The notes beneath the pieces are model-generated. The model saw only the letters and a list, made by a program, of their open reading frames with translations, was not told where the DNA came from and ran no database searches. From Mycobacteriales bacterium (GTDB lineage: Bacteria > Actinomycetota > Actinomycetes > JAFAQI01): a DNA stretch of 64,000 nt. Of this stretch, positions 17,205 to 26,030 are shown piece by piece; positions within the stretch are counted from its first letter, which is position 1; each line of letters starts with the position of its first letter. The stretch lies in NCBI GenBank assembly GCA_036267755.1, contig DATAVK010000062.1:887-64886 (forward strand), in the 5' to 3' direction. The translations under genes were made by a program, and so were the position numbers.

Positions 17205-18301
17205 TTAGAGATCAGGTACTCGTCGTGTAGCAGGGTGCCGTGGTTGTGCCCTGGCCACGCGACCGCCGTACCGGCCAAGGTTCGCTTGGTCGCCGCGAGC
17301 GCGGAGCTTGAGGAGTTCAGCCGCCAGTTCACCGAGACCCCGGAGGCGCGGTCGGGGATCTCCTCGTTGAAGTACACGACCGCCCGCACACCCAACGGTG
17401 CCGTACCTGTGAACAGCTGCCTGATCCACGTCGGCTTGCGGGAGGACGTCACGGTGCCCGCCTCGGCGATCATGATCGGCTTGTGCGTGATCTTGCGGAT
17501 GTCCGCCGCGGTCTTGCGGATCGCCGCCACGGGGTTGGGGTAGCGGCCGTGGGCCTTGTCCTCACGGTCGAACACGTCGATGCCGGTCCAGTTCACGTAC
17601 TTCTTGCCCGGCCACAGCGACCGCAGGCTTTCGCGCGGCTTGGTCAGCTCCTTGTCGGGGTTCCAGACGAACTTGACCTTATTCGCGCCGTAGTGCCGGA
17701 ACAGCCGGACCACGTGGCGGAACGCCCTCCTGAACTGCACAACCGTGTTGCCATGGACGCCCGGCGAGTAGCTCTCCCAGTTGCCGTTCATCTCGGGGAA
17801 CAACCGGAACAGGAACGGGTGGTTCCAGGCGCGCAACGCCTTGGCATAGGCCGCCAGTGTCGCGTTCTGGCTTCCCATGTTGATCGACCGGAGCGTGACC
17901 GACGCTGGCGGGCTCAGGGCGACCATCGGGATGGCGCCACGATGCCGCGCCCACTGCGCGTAGTGGACGACCTCGTGCGCCTCCGTCGTCGCGCTAACGT
18001 TCGTCTGCTTCCAGGTCAGGAACGTCCCGACGATGCCGGACTTGGCCTTGTCCTGCTGATCATCGGTCACGATCTCGGTTTCCCAGTGGTCGTCGAGACC
18101 GAAGAGAACCGCACGCTTCGGGGGCATGGCCTTGGATCGGTGCGACGCACCAGCGCTCGGCTTGGCGGCGTGATCGCGAGTGCTCGGGGCGGCCTGCGCG
18201 GCCGACAACGTCAGCGGCGCAGCGATCGCGAGGAGCGCAGGAACGGTCACCAAAAGACTGAGGGGGCGCCGGACTGATCTCGTGGGGGGAGATGTAGGCA
18301 T
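17192..18301 (-). CDS. secreted glycoside hydrolase, GH26-like
   Basis: 369 aa. Signal peptide (LLVTVPALLAIAAPLTLSAAQAAP), FRLFPEMNGNW (GH26-like HEMNG region with P in place of H) and IMIAEAG (candidate nucleophile Glu). By eye, G+C is lower than in the neighbouring genes. Confidence 0.65.
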   Translation of the reverse strand: MPTSPPTRSVRRPLSLLVTVPALLAIAAPLTLSAAQAAPSTRDHAAKPSAGASHRSKAMPPKRAVLFGLDDHWETEIVTDDQQDKAKSGIVGTFLTWKQTNVSATTEAHEVVHYAQWARHRGAIPMVALSPPASVTLRSINMGSQNATLAAYAKALRAWNHPFLFRLFPEMNGNWESYSPGVHGNTVVQFRRAFRHVVRLFRHYGANKVKFVWNPDKELTKPRESLRSLWPGKKYVNWTGIDVFDREDKAHGRYPNPVAAIRKTAADIRKITHKPIMIAEAGTVTSSRKPTWIRQLFTGTAPLGVRAVVYFNEEIPDRASGVSVNWRLNSSSSALAATKRTLAGTAVAWPGHNHGTLLHDEYLISKGHW

Positions 18302-18408
18302 TGAGGCAGACTATCCAGACAGGGCCTGACGGCCGGGTAAGGCACGGTCTCCGCCGTGTCGTGCAGGTGGGCTCCGCACACCCTGAGAGTCACCGTTTGG
18401 GAACGATT

Positions 18409-19293
18409 TCAAACCCGATCCGTGCCGATCAGATCGGCCAGCTGACGGGCGTTGACCTGGGCATAGTTGCGGTAACAGTTGTTGAGAAGCACGTGGGTCT
18501 CCGCGGTCTGGCCGGCGAGCTCGCGCAGCCGCGGCGCCCACGGTCGCAGTTCCTTCTCGTCGTAGCGATAGCCGAACCGTTCGTAGATGTCGCGGCTCTG
18601 CCAGTTCTCGCTGTGGCCGTGGAACCGCACCACCGCCATGTCCCGGGACGTCGCAGCAACGATCGGCGGCACAGACGACGCGTAGCCCTGCGGCATGTCG
18701 ACACAGACGAACGGCAGCGCGTAGGACCGCAGGAAGTCCAGCGTCTCCTCGGTGGCCGCCTTGTCGCGGAACCAGGTCGCGGAACGGAACTCGACCGAGA
18801 TCCGGTACGGCGCCGCGCGTTCCTTGCACTCCAGCAGGTAGTCCTTGTTCGCGCGCTTGAGCGTGAACCACTGCGGGAACTGGAAGAGCACCGCGCCGAG
18901 CTTGCCTGCCTCGTGCAACGGCGCCAACGCCGACAGGAACCGCTCCCAGACCTCGTCAACGACGGTCGGGTCAAGATCCTTGGCGTAGATGTTCGTCTTG
19001 TCGGTCTCCGGCCGCAGGTCCTTGTACAGCGCGGCGGCACGGGTGGGGTGTTGGGTCAGCAGCGAGAAGGCCTTGACGTCGAACCGGAACCCCTCCGGCG
19101 TCCGAGCAACCCATCGCGCGCTGTTGGCTTCGTTCGGCGGCGTGTAGTACGTCGAGTCGACCTCGACCACCGGAAACTGCTCGGCGTAGTAACGCAACCG
19201 GTCCTCGGCCGAGCTGGCGTCGGCGGGGTACCAACCGGATGCGAGCAGAGTCTTGTCCGTCCACGACGCGGTCCCCACCCGGATCTCACCCAA
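18409..19293 (-). CDS. DUF72 (YecE-like) family protein
   Basis: 294 aa. IRVGTASWTDKTL, YYAEQFPVVEVDSTYY and FRFDVKAF are typical of DUF72. Confidence 0.85.
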   Translation of the reverse strand: MGEIRVGTASWTDKTLLASGWYPADASSAEDRLRYYAEQFPVVEVDSTYYTPPNEANSARWVARTPEGFRFDVKAFSLLTQHPTRAAALYKDLRPETDKTNIYAKDLDPTVVDEVWERFLSALAPLHEAGKLGAVLFQFPQWFTLKRANKDYLLECKERAAPYRISVEFRSATWFRDKAATEETLDFLRSYALPFVCVDMPQGYASSVPPIVAATSRDMAVVRFHGHSENWQSRDIYERFGYRYDEKELRPWAPRLRELAGQTAETHVLLNNCYRNYAQVNARQLADLIGTDRV

Positions 19294-19372
19294 TCGGATC
19301 CTCGCATCGCCGGTTGCACTCCGTGACCCGCGCTAGTCTGGCCTGGCTGGCCGAGCACGGGAGAGACACCAC

Positions 19373-20563
19373 GTGAGCACTGCACGTTCGGCGTCCGTTC
19401 ACGCCACCAAGGGTGACACGGACACCAAGTCCGGCGGCACCACGACAGATCACCCGACGGCGTCGATGTCCGTCGTGGATCCGGACGTTGAGCCGCCGAC
19501 CGGCGCGCCCCCGGCCACCGGCAGTGGTGGCCCAGTCGTCGACAGCACGACGTTGCCCTCCGCCGCGGAGGAGCCCGCCGAAAGCGAGCTCGCCGAGGAG
19601 GAGGACGAGGCCGACATCGTCCCCGAGGAAGACACCTCCGGACCGTCGACCGACCTGGTCCGGGCGTACCTCAAGGAGATCGGCCGCGTCGCGCTGCTCA
19701 ACGCGGAGCAGGAGGTCTCGCTGGCGAAGCGGATCGAGGCCGGGCTGTTCGCGGCCGAGCGGCTGCGCCAGTGCGATGTCGGCGAGGCCAAGCTCACCAA
19801 GACGATCCGCAAGGACTACATCTGGCTCACCGCGGACGGTCAGCGCGCGAAGGACCACCTGCTCGAGGCCAACCTGCGTCTGGTGGTATCCGTCGCCAAG
19901 CGCTACACGGGTCGGGGCATGGCGTTCCTCGACCTGATCCAGGAAGGCAACCTCGGCCTGATCCGCGCGGTCGAGAAGTTCGATTACACCAAGGGCTACA
20001 AGTTCTCGACGTACGCCACCTGGTGGATCCGGCAGGCGATCACCCGGGCCATGGCCGACCAGGCCCGCACCATCCGGATCCCGGTGCACATGGTCGAGCA
20101 GATCAACAAACTCACCCGGGTCCAGCGCCAGATGCTGCAGGACCTGGGACGCGAGCCGACCGCAGAGGAGCTCGCCAAGGAGCTCGACATGACCCCCGAC
20201 AAGGTCGTCGAGATCCAGGGCTACGCGCGGGAGCCGGTGTCGCTCGAGCAGAACGTCGGTGACGAGGGCGACAGCCAGCTCGGTGACTTCATCGAGGACG
20301 CCGACGCTCCGATCGCCGCCGAGGTGGTGTCGTTCGGGCTGCTGCAGCGCGAGCTCGATAGTGTGCTCAAGACCCTGCCGGAGCGCGAAGCCGCGGTCGT
20401 GGCGCTGCGGTTCGGTCTCACCGACGGTCAGCCGCGCACGCTCGACGAGATCGGCAAGGAGTTCGGGCTGACCCGCGAGCGGATCCGCCAGATCGAGGCC
20501 AAGACGCTGTCGAAGCTGCGTCACCCGAGCCGGTCCCAGAAACTGCGCGACTACCTCGAGTAG
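19373..20563 (+). CDS. sigA: principal RNA polymerase sigma factor (HrdB/SigA-type)
   Basis: 396 aa from GTG 19373, preceded by GGGAGAG. Acidic N-terminus, then [50 protein letters not shown], and the C-terminus [17 protein letters not shown], which is nearly identical to the HrdB/SigA termini as I recall them. Confidence 0.9.
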   Translation: MSTARSASVHATKGDTDTKSGGTTTDHPTASMSVVDPDVEPPTGAPPATGSGGPVVDSTTLPSAAEEPAESELAEEEDEADIVPEEDTSGPSTDLVRAYLKEIGRVALLNAEQEVSLAKRIEAGLFAAERLRQCDVGEAKLTKTIRKDYIWLTADGQRAKDHLLEANLRLVVSVAKRYTGRGMAFLDLIQEGNLGLIRAVEKFDYTKGYKFSTYATWWIRQAITRAMADQARTIRIPVHMVEQINKLTRVQRQMLQDLGREPTAEELAKELDMTPDKVVEIQGYAREPVSLEQNVGDEGDSQLGDFIEDADAPIAAEVVSFGLLQRELDSVLKTLPEREAAVVALRFGLTDGQPRTLDEIGKEFGLTRERIRQIEAKTLSKLRHPSRSQKLRDYLE

Positions 20564-20610
20564 AGGCCTCAGGCCGGTCACGCTCGTGTTTGGCCGGCGG
20601 CCCTGACAGA

Positions 20611-21360
20611 TCAGCCGGTGACGATCAGCTTGATCGCCACGCCGACGCCGACGACCGCGATGATCACCCGCAGCACCGTGGGATGCATGCGGCGCCCGAC
20701 ATGGGCTCCGATCTGGCCCCCGATCGTCGACCCGACGAGCAGTTCCGCGGCCGCGCCCCAGGCGATATGGGTGGACACGACGAACACCACTGCGGCGGCT
20801 GCGTTGCTCGCCCCCACCAGCACGTTCTTCGCGGCGTTGAGCCGCTGCACCCCGTCGTCCAGCGTGATCCCGAGCAACGCGAGCATGATCACGCCCTGGG
20901 CAGCGCCGAAATATCCGCCGTACACCGCGGAGGCGAACCCCCCGGCGTAGAGGACCGGACCGGCCTCGGTACGGCTCTCCCCTCGATGTGCCCGACGACG
21001 CGCCAGTCGCGGCTGGACCAGCACCAAGCCGACAGCGACCAGGATCAGGATCGGGACCACGTCCTCGAACACCGAGCTGGGCAACGCGAGCAGCAGGATC
21101 GCTCCCAGCAGGCCACCACTGATTGCCGGCACGAGCAACAGCGAGACTCGTCGCCACTGCCCGACGAGCTCGCGCCGGTACCCCACGGCGCCGCTGATCG
21201 ATCCGCCGAGCAGACCCACGTTGTTCGTGACGTTGGCGAGGACGGCCGGGTAGCCGAGGGCGAGCAACGTGGGAAAGGTCAGCAGCGAGCCAGATCCGAC
21301 GATCGCGTTGACCATCCCAGCGACCACGCCGACCGCCAGGATGATCAGCGGGTGCAGCAC
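20611..21360 (-). CDS. TauE/SafE family sulfite-exporter-like membrane protein
   Basis: ORF 20611-21474 trimmed to GTG 21360 (VLHPLIILAVGVVAGMVNAIVGSGSLLTFP). Multi-TM protein with a repeated GGxxG-type motif typical of TauE. Confidence 0.75.
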   Translation of the reverse strand: MLHPLIILAVGVVAGMVNAIVGSGSLLTFPTLLALGYPAVLANVTNNVGLLGGSISGAVGYRRELVGQWRRVSLLLVPAISGGLLGAILLLALPSSVFEDVVPILILVAVGLVLVQPRLARRRAHRGESRTEAGPVLYAGGFASAVYGGYFGAAQGVIMLALLGITLDDGVQRLNAAKNVLVGASNAAAAVVFVVSTHIAWGAAAELLVGSTIGGQIGAHVGRRMHPTVLRVIIAVVGVGVAIKLIVTG

Positions 21361-21384
21361 CCGGCTGAGCGTAGGGTGCCCGTC

Positions 21385-22164
21385 GTGTCGATTGCCTACT
21401 ACCTCCCGCTCGGTGACGACCGCTACACCGCAACTGAGCACACCCAAGGACCTTGGGACCGCGGCCTGCAGCACGGCGGCCCGCCGTCGGCCCTGCTGGC
21501 CCGCGAGCTGGAGCGGCTCGCTGCCGACGCCCCGCGAGTCGTGGTTCGGATGTCCATCGACCTGCTCGGTCCGGTGCCGGTCGGTGACGTGACGATCGCC
21601 GCCCGGGTGCTCCGTCCCGGCCGCAAGGTGGAGCTGGTCGAGGCGGAGCTCAGCGCGGGCGACCGGGTAGCGGTCCGGGCCCTGGCGTGGCGGCTGCGGA
21701 GCGAGGCTCTCGAACTCCCGGCCGGCGCGGGGGAGTTTCGGCTACCACCGGCGTTCCCGGACACCGACAGCCCGTCGGCGCCCGGCTGGGCTGGGGGCTT
21801 CATCGACTCGCTGCAGGCCCGGTTCGTCGAAGGCGGGTGGAACTCCGCCGGACCCGCCACCATGTGGGCCCGTATGCGCGGCGCGCTCGTGGCTGACGAG
21901 CAGCCCACCGGCCTGCAGCGGCTGATGGTCCTCGCCGACTGCGGGAACGGCATCTCCAGCCGGTTGCCCATCGGATCGTGGATGTTCATCAACCCTGACC
22001 TGGCCGTCCATCTGGGGCGGCAGCCGGAGGGTGAGTGGCTGTGCCTCGAGGCGGAAACCAGCATCGATCCGGCCCACGGGTTCGGGCTGGCCTCCTCTCG
22101 GCTCTATGACCGAACCGGGCAAGTGGGCACGGGTGCACAGTCGCTGTTCGTGACCCCTCGCTGA
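21385..22164 (+). CDS. thioesterase-like superfamily protein (TesB-like double hot-dog)
   Basis: Real part of ORF 20590-22164, starting at GTG 21385 (SIAYYLPLGDDRYTATEHTQGPWD). The N-terminal motif and the C-terminal GFGLASSRLYD are typical of acyl-CoA thioesterase-like proteins. Confidence 0.65.
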   Translation: MSIAYYLPLGDDRYTATEHTQGPWDRGLQHGGPPSALLARELERLAADAPRVVVRMSIDLLGPVPVGDVTIAARVLRPGRKVELVEAELSAGDRVAVRALAWRLRSEALELPAGAGEFRLPPAFPDTDSPSAPGWAGGFIDSLQARFVEGGWNSAGPATMWARMRGALVADEQPTGLQRLMVLADCGNGISSRLPIGSWMFINPDLAVHLGRQPEGEWLCLEAETSIDPAHGFGLASSRLYDRTGQVGTGAQSLFVTPR

Positions 22165-22213
22165 GAAACCGAACGCCGCTCAGGTTTTCGGAGACGACTG
22201 CCGAGGACACGGC

Positions 22214-22972
22214 ATGCCGCTGAGTGCCGACATGGAGCGAGTTCACCGGATCAGAGAGCTCGTCGAGCAGCTCATCAACGACCCGAGGCAGCTGGGACCG
22301 AACTACGAGCCGATCGTCCGGCTGGCCGACCGGAAGGTGGTGGGCGTCAAAGCCACCGGCCGCGGCGCGCCCGGCACCGAGCTGGCCGACACGCTCAGCC
22401 TGCTCGACGGCGCCCGCTCGCTCGGGCTCGTCGAGCGCCTGGACTGGGCGTTTCGGGCAATGAGCTTCGACGACCTGCACGGCCGGGACGATCTCGAGCT
22501 GCACCTGACCCCCGAGCCGGAAACGTTCGGCACCGCCTGCCCGCCGCGGTTCGCGGCCTCGGTGTCGCGCGGCCGCCGTGAGCTGACGGTCGCCGCCGAG
22601 CTGCACGCGGACTCCTTCGGACCCGGTGTGACGCTCAACCAGGGCCTGTCGGAGATCCGGGAGTGGGGCTGGCGGGTCGTCCTCGCCGATGTCGCCGACG
22701 ACCCCGCTGCCGTCGACGGGGCCGCCGCGGTCGGCCCGGACATCGTCCAGATCGACCTCAGGCTGCCTCGGCGGTCGCCGGGTGCGCTTCCCCTCGGATC
22801 GCGACGGCTGCTGTCCATGGCGGCAGACACCGGAGCCCAGGTGATGGCCCTCGGTGTCGACACCGAGGCCGCTCGCGCCGTGGCCCTCGATCTGGGATGC
22901 GTTCTGGCCCGCGGAGCGTTGTTCGGACGGCCCGGACCACTGCCTCAGGCGGGAATCACCCGCTCGGCCTGA
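22214..22972 (+). CDS. stand-alone degenerate EAL-domain protein
   Basis: 252 aa. The EAL-fold skeleton is recognisable ([41 protein letters not shown]), but the EAL motif itself reads KAT and several metal-binding positions appear substituted. Confidence 0.6.
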   Translation: MPLSADMERVHRIRELVEQLINDPRQLGPNYEPIVRLADRKVVGVKATGRGAPGTELADTLSLLDGARSLGLVERLDWAFRAMSFDDLHGRDDLELHLTPEPETFGTACPPRFAASVSRGRRELTVAAELHADSFGPGVTLNQGLSEIREWGWRVVLADVADDPAAVDGAAAVGPDIVQIDLRLPRRSPGALPLGSRRLLSMAADTGAQVMALGVDTEAARAVALDLGCVLARGALFGRPGPLPQAGITRSA

Positions 22973-23162
22973 CCCGCGGGACGCGCGGGCACCCCCCTGC
23001 CGTGACAACGAGCGCGGCGTAAGGCATCATGGTGGGTCGCGCCTCAGGAACACATTGGGCGCTGTGCACGTTGCACCGTCTGGCAGGTCATCCCCTCCAG
23101 GGTCGGACCGCCACGACGCACTCAGCACGATATGCCAGCCGACCACGACTAGCCAAGGATGT

Positions 23163-24383
23163 ATGTCCCCCATGAGCACCGCCACCATCGCCCGCGCTGA
23201 CTCCGAGCAGACGTTGCCTGCGCCGGTCGAGGAGCTTCTCGACCAGGCCTCCGCAACGAGCGCCCTGACGTTCGCGCAGGTCCGCAAGGCGCTCGACGAG
23301 GCCAATATCGGCCCGGTCGAGGCCAAGCGGGTCATCGCCGACATCCGCCGGCGCGGGGTGACCATCGGGGCTGACTCCGGCTCGACCGCACCTGGTGCGG
23401 CCGCCGGCGCGACCGCCACGGACGACGACGAGGCGGCGGACGACACCTGGGACCACGAAGTCCCCACCACGGACCTGGTCCGGGTGTACCTCACCGACAT
23501 CGGCCGCGTGGCGCTGCTCACCGCGGAGATGGAGGTCGACCTGGCCCGCCGGATCGAGGCCGGGCTGTATGCCGCGGAGAAGATCCGCCGCTCCGAGGCC
23601 AAGGAGATCAAGAAGCTGACCCCCGCGGTACGCCGTGACCTGGGTCTGATCTCCGCTGACGGTGCGCGCGCCCGTAACCACCTTCTCGAGGCCAACCTGC
23701 GGCTCGTGGTGTCGCTCGCGAAGCGTTACCAGGGCAAGGGCCTGACGCTGCTCGACCTGATCCAGGAGGGCAACATCGGCCTGGTCCGGGCAGTCGAGAA
23801 GTTCGACTACACCAAGGGCTACAAGTTCTCGACGTACGCCACCTGGTGGATCCGTCAGGCGCTGCAGCGCGCCATCGCCGACCAGGGCCGCACCATCCGG
23901 GTGCCCGTCCACATGGTCGAGCAGATCAACAAGGCGCTGCGGGTCAAGCGTGACCTCGCCACCGAGTACGGCCGCGAGCCCACCTTCGGCGAGATCGGTG
24001 CGGTGCTCGAAATGACCGCCGAGCGCGTCGAGGAGATCCTCGGCTACGGCCGCGAGACGCTGTCGCTCGAGACCCCCGTGGGTGACGACGGCACCGCGAC
24101 GTTCGGCGAGTTCATCGAGGACATGGACGCGCCGGTCGCTGCCGACGTGGTCGACTTCGGGTTGCTGCAGGATCGCCTGCGCGACGTCCTGGGCACGCTG
24201 CCCGAGCGTTCGGCGGTCGTGATGCGGATGCGCTTCGGTCTGGATGACGGTCGCCCGCGCACGCTCGACGAGGTCGGTCGCGCACTCGGTCTCACCCGGG
24301 AGCGGATCCGTCAGATCGAGCGGGACACGCTGCGGGAGCTGCGTCGCAGCGACGAAGCCGCAGCGCTCAAAGCCTGGCTGTAA
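23163..24383 (+). CDS. second principal-like (group 1/2) sigma-70 factor
   Basis: ORF 22854-24383 trimmed to ATG 23163 (ATG 23172 is also possible) after AAGGA. Regions 2-4 are highly similar to the sigA copy ([29 protein letters not shown]). The N-terminus [34 protein letters not shown] looks like region 1.1. Confidence 0.9.
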   Translation: MSPMSTATIARADSEQTLPAPVEELLDQASATSALTFAQVRKALDEANIGPVEAKRVIADIRRRGVTIGADSGSTAPGAAAGATATDDDEAADDTWDHEVPTTDLVRVYLTDIGRVALLTAEMEVDLARRIEAGLYAAEKIRRSEAKEIKKLTPAVRRDLGLISADGARARNHLLEANLRLVVSLAKRYQGKGLTLLDLIQEGNIGLVRAVEKFDYTKGYKFSTYATWWIRQALQRAIADQGRTIRVPVHMVEQINKALRVKRDLATEYGREPTFGEIGAVLEMTAERVEEILGYGRETLSLETPVGDDGTATFGEFIEDMDAPVAADVVDFGLLQDRLRDVLGTLPERSAVVMRMRFGLDDGRPRTLDEVGRALGLTRERIRQIERDTLRELRRSDEAAALKAWL

Positions 24384-24491
24384 GCCTCCGCACGACGGGT
24401 AGCCGAAACTCACAGGCAACGAGTAGGTTCTCCAAAGCGTCTATTGGGTACGTTGCGCAACACTCTGCCTAACGACGACCTGAGGAGCCCC

Positions 24492-24758
24492 GTGAAGCTT
24501 TCAACGAGGTCGCTGTTCGAGTCCGAGATGGTGGAGCAGGTCCAGGCCGCCGAGGTCGCTGTCCGCGAAGCCGAGAGCAGCGATGACGCGCTGTCCGTAG
24601 ACGTCGCACGCAACCACCTCGACAACCTGCTGTCACTCGCCCGGCGCAACGGGCTGGCGATCAGCTCGGAGTTCAGCAGCGCGCCGACACCGCCACGTTC
24701 GATCACCCTCACCGTGGTGGACGGCGACGGTGCGGAAGCCATCGCTCCGGCCGTCTGA
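24492..24758 (+). CDS. hypothetical small protein (88 aa)
   Basis: ORF 24444-24758. GTG 24492 is preferred because GAGGAG lies about 5 nt upstream. No family recognised. A strong hairpin follows. Confidence 0.4.
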   Translation: MKLSTRSLFESEMVEQVQAAEVAVREAESSDDALSVDVARNHLDNLLSLARRNGLAISSEFSSAPTPPRSITLTVVDGDGAEAIAPAV

Positions 24759-24784
24759 CTCCCCCGGGGCTCAGCAGATACGAC

Positions 24785-24825
24785 AAACGGCGGCGAGGTC
24801 CCTCACAGGGATCTCGCCGCCGTTT
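24785..24825. terminator. bidirectional intrinsic-terminator-like hairpin between convergent genes
   Basis: AAACGGCGGCGAG-G-TCCCT-CAC-AGGGA-T-CTCGCCGCCGTTT. This is a near-perfect ~19 bp stem with T-rich flanks on both strands. It sits between the stop at 24758 (+) and the msrA stop at 24860 (-). Confidence 0.65.
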
Positions 24826-24859
24826 CGTTGGGTCGAGCGACTTTGTTGTCAGGCGATCG

Positions 24860-25513
24860 TTACATCGTCGCGACGCCCACCGGGCAGCTGGCGCCGGTCG
24901 CGTGGACCGGGCAGTAACCGTTGGGGTTCTTCGCGAGGTACTGCTGGTGGTAACCCTCGGCGTAGTAGAACTCCCCCGCCGGCGCGATCTCGGTCGTGAT
25001 CTCGCCGTACCCCATCGCGGTCAGCGCGGGCTGGAACGCATCCCGCGTCTGAATCGCGGCCTGCTTCTGCGCGTCGGAGGTGAAGTAGATCGCGGAGCGG
25101 TACGACGTGCCCACGTCATTGCCCTGCCGCATGCCCTCGGTCGGGTTGTGGCCCTCCCAGAAGGTCTTGAGGATCTGCGCGTAGCTGACCTTGGCCGGGT
25201 CGAAGACGACCTTCACCGTCTCGGCATGCCCGGTCCGGTCGGAGCAGACCTCCTCATACGTCGGGTTCGGCGTCACGCCGCCCTGGTAGCCAACTGCCGT
25301 GGTGTAGACCCCCGGGATCGACCAGAACTCCTTCTCGGCCCCCCAGAAGCACCCCATGGCGACGTAAGCAACCTCGAGCCCGTCCGGGTACGGCGGCTCA
25401 AGCGGGGTCCCGAGGACCTCGTGACGCTCCGGTACGGCGAAACGCCGCTCCTCGCGTCCCGCGAGCGCGTGCTCCGGGTCGATGATGGTCGTCTTGTGGT
25501 GTGAGAACAACAT
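24860..25513 (-). CDS. msrA: peptide-methionine (S)-S-oxide reductase
   Basis: 217 aa. The [11 protein letters not shown] active-site motif and overall MsrA-like sequence. Confidence 0.95.
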   Translation of the reverse strand: MLFSHHKTTIIDPEHALAGREERRFAVPERHEVLGTPLEPPYPDGLEVAYVAMGCFWGAEKEFWSIPGVYTTAVGYQGGVTPNPTYEEVCSDRTGHAETVKVVFDPAKVSYAQILKTFWEGHNPTEGMRQGNDVGTSYRSAIYFTSDAQKQAAIQTRDAFQPALTAMGYGEITTEIAPAGEFYYAEGYHQQYLAKNPNGYCPVHATGASCPVGVATM

Positions 25514-25559
25514 GTGCCCACCTTCTCTTTGCGGGTGTGTCTAGTGCAACAGTGAAGGG

Positions 25560-26030
25560 GTGGTCGACGTTCCCGCAACCCCACTGCGGCTCGACGGTGA
25601 CGGGTGGGTCCGTTGCTCCCTCGGCCACAAGCACTGGGGCGTCCACGGGGCCGCTGGGCTGCTGGTCCGCGCGCCGGACGACGAAGGCGTCGACCGGGTG
25701 CTGCTACAGCGGCGCGCCTGGTGGACCCACCACGGTGACAGCTGGGGCGTGCCCGGCGGCGCCCGGATGTCCACCGAGACGCCGGAGCAGGCCGCCTGGC
25801 GCGAGATCGGCGAAGAAGTCGACATCGATCTGTCGGACGTGACGATCGACGGGCTCCACACCGACGACCACGGCGGATGGACCTACTGGACGGTGCTGGC
25901 CAGGGCGCCGCACATCGTCCCCGCCGACGGGCACAGCCGGGAGACCGCCGAGGTCAGGTGGGTACGCCAGGACGACGTACGACGGCTCCCACTGCATCCG
26001 GGCTTTGCGGCTACCTGGCCGCGACTGTGA
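25560..26030 (+). CDS. NUDIX hydrolase
   Basis: 156 aa. Nudix box GGARMSTETPEQAAWREIGEEVDI. Confidence 0.8.
   Translation: MVDVPATPLRLDGDGWVRCSLGHKHWGVHGAAGLLVRAPDDEGVDRVLLQRRAWWTHHGDSWGVPGGARMSTETPEQAAWREIGEEVDIDLSDVTIDGLHTDDHGGWTYWTVLARAPHIVPADGHSRETAEVRWVRQDDVRRLPLHPGFAATWPRL

Noticed and set aside
19970-20031. 62-nt stretch nearly identical (1 mismatch) to 23793-23854, considered as a dispersed repeat or mobile-element remnant
   Set aside because: Both copies encode the invariant [22 protein letters not shown] segment of sigma region 2 in two paralogous sigma genes. Purifying selection and shared codon bias explain the identity.
19286-21433. 715-aa minus-strand ORF spanning the sigA gene and beyond
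   Set aside because: It is extremely Arg/Gly/Pro-rich and lies antisense to an unmistakable principal sigma factor. Only its 3' end coincides in position (in a different frame) with the TauE-like gene. This is a typical high-GC shadow ORF.
25560-26030. Stand-alone NUDIX hydrolase, and the ATP-dependent DNA ligase at 36830-38344, considered as phage-defence components
   Set aside because: Neither has defence-type partner genes (no nucleases, ATPases, sensors or mobile-element context). Both look like conserved housekeeping genes in core-gene neighbourhoods.
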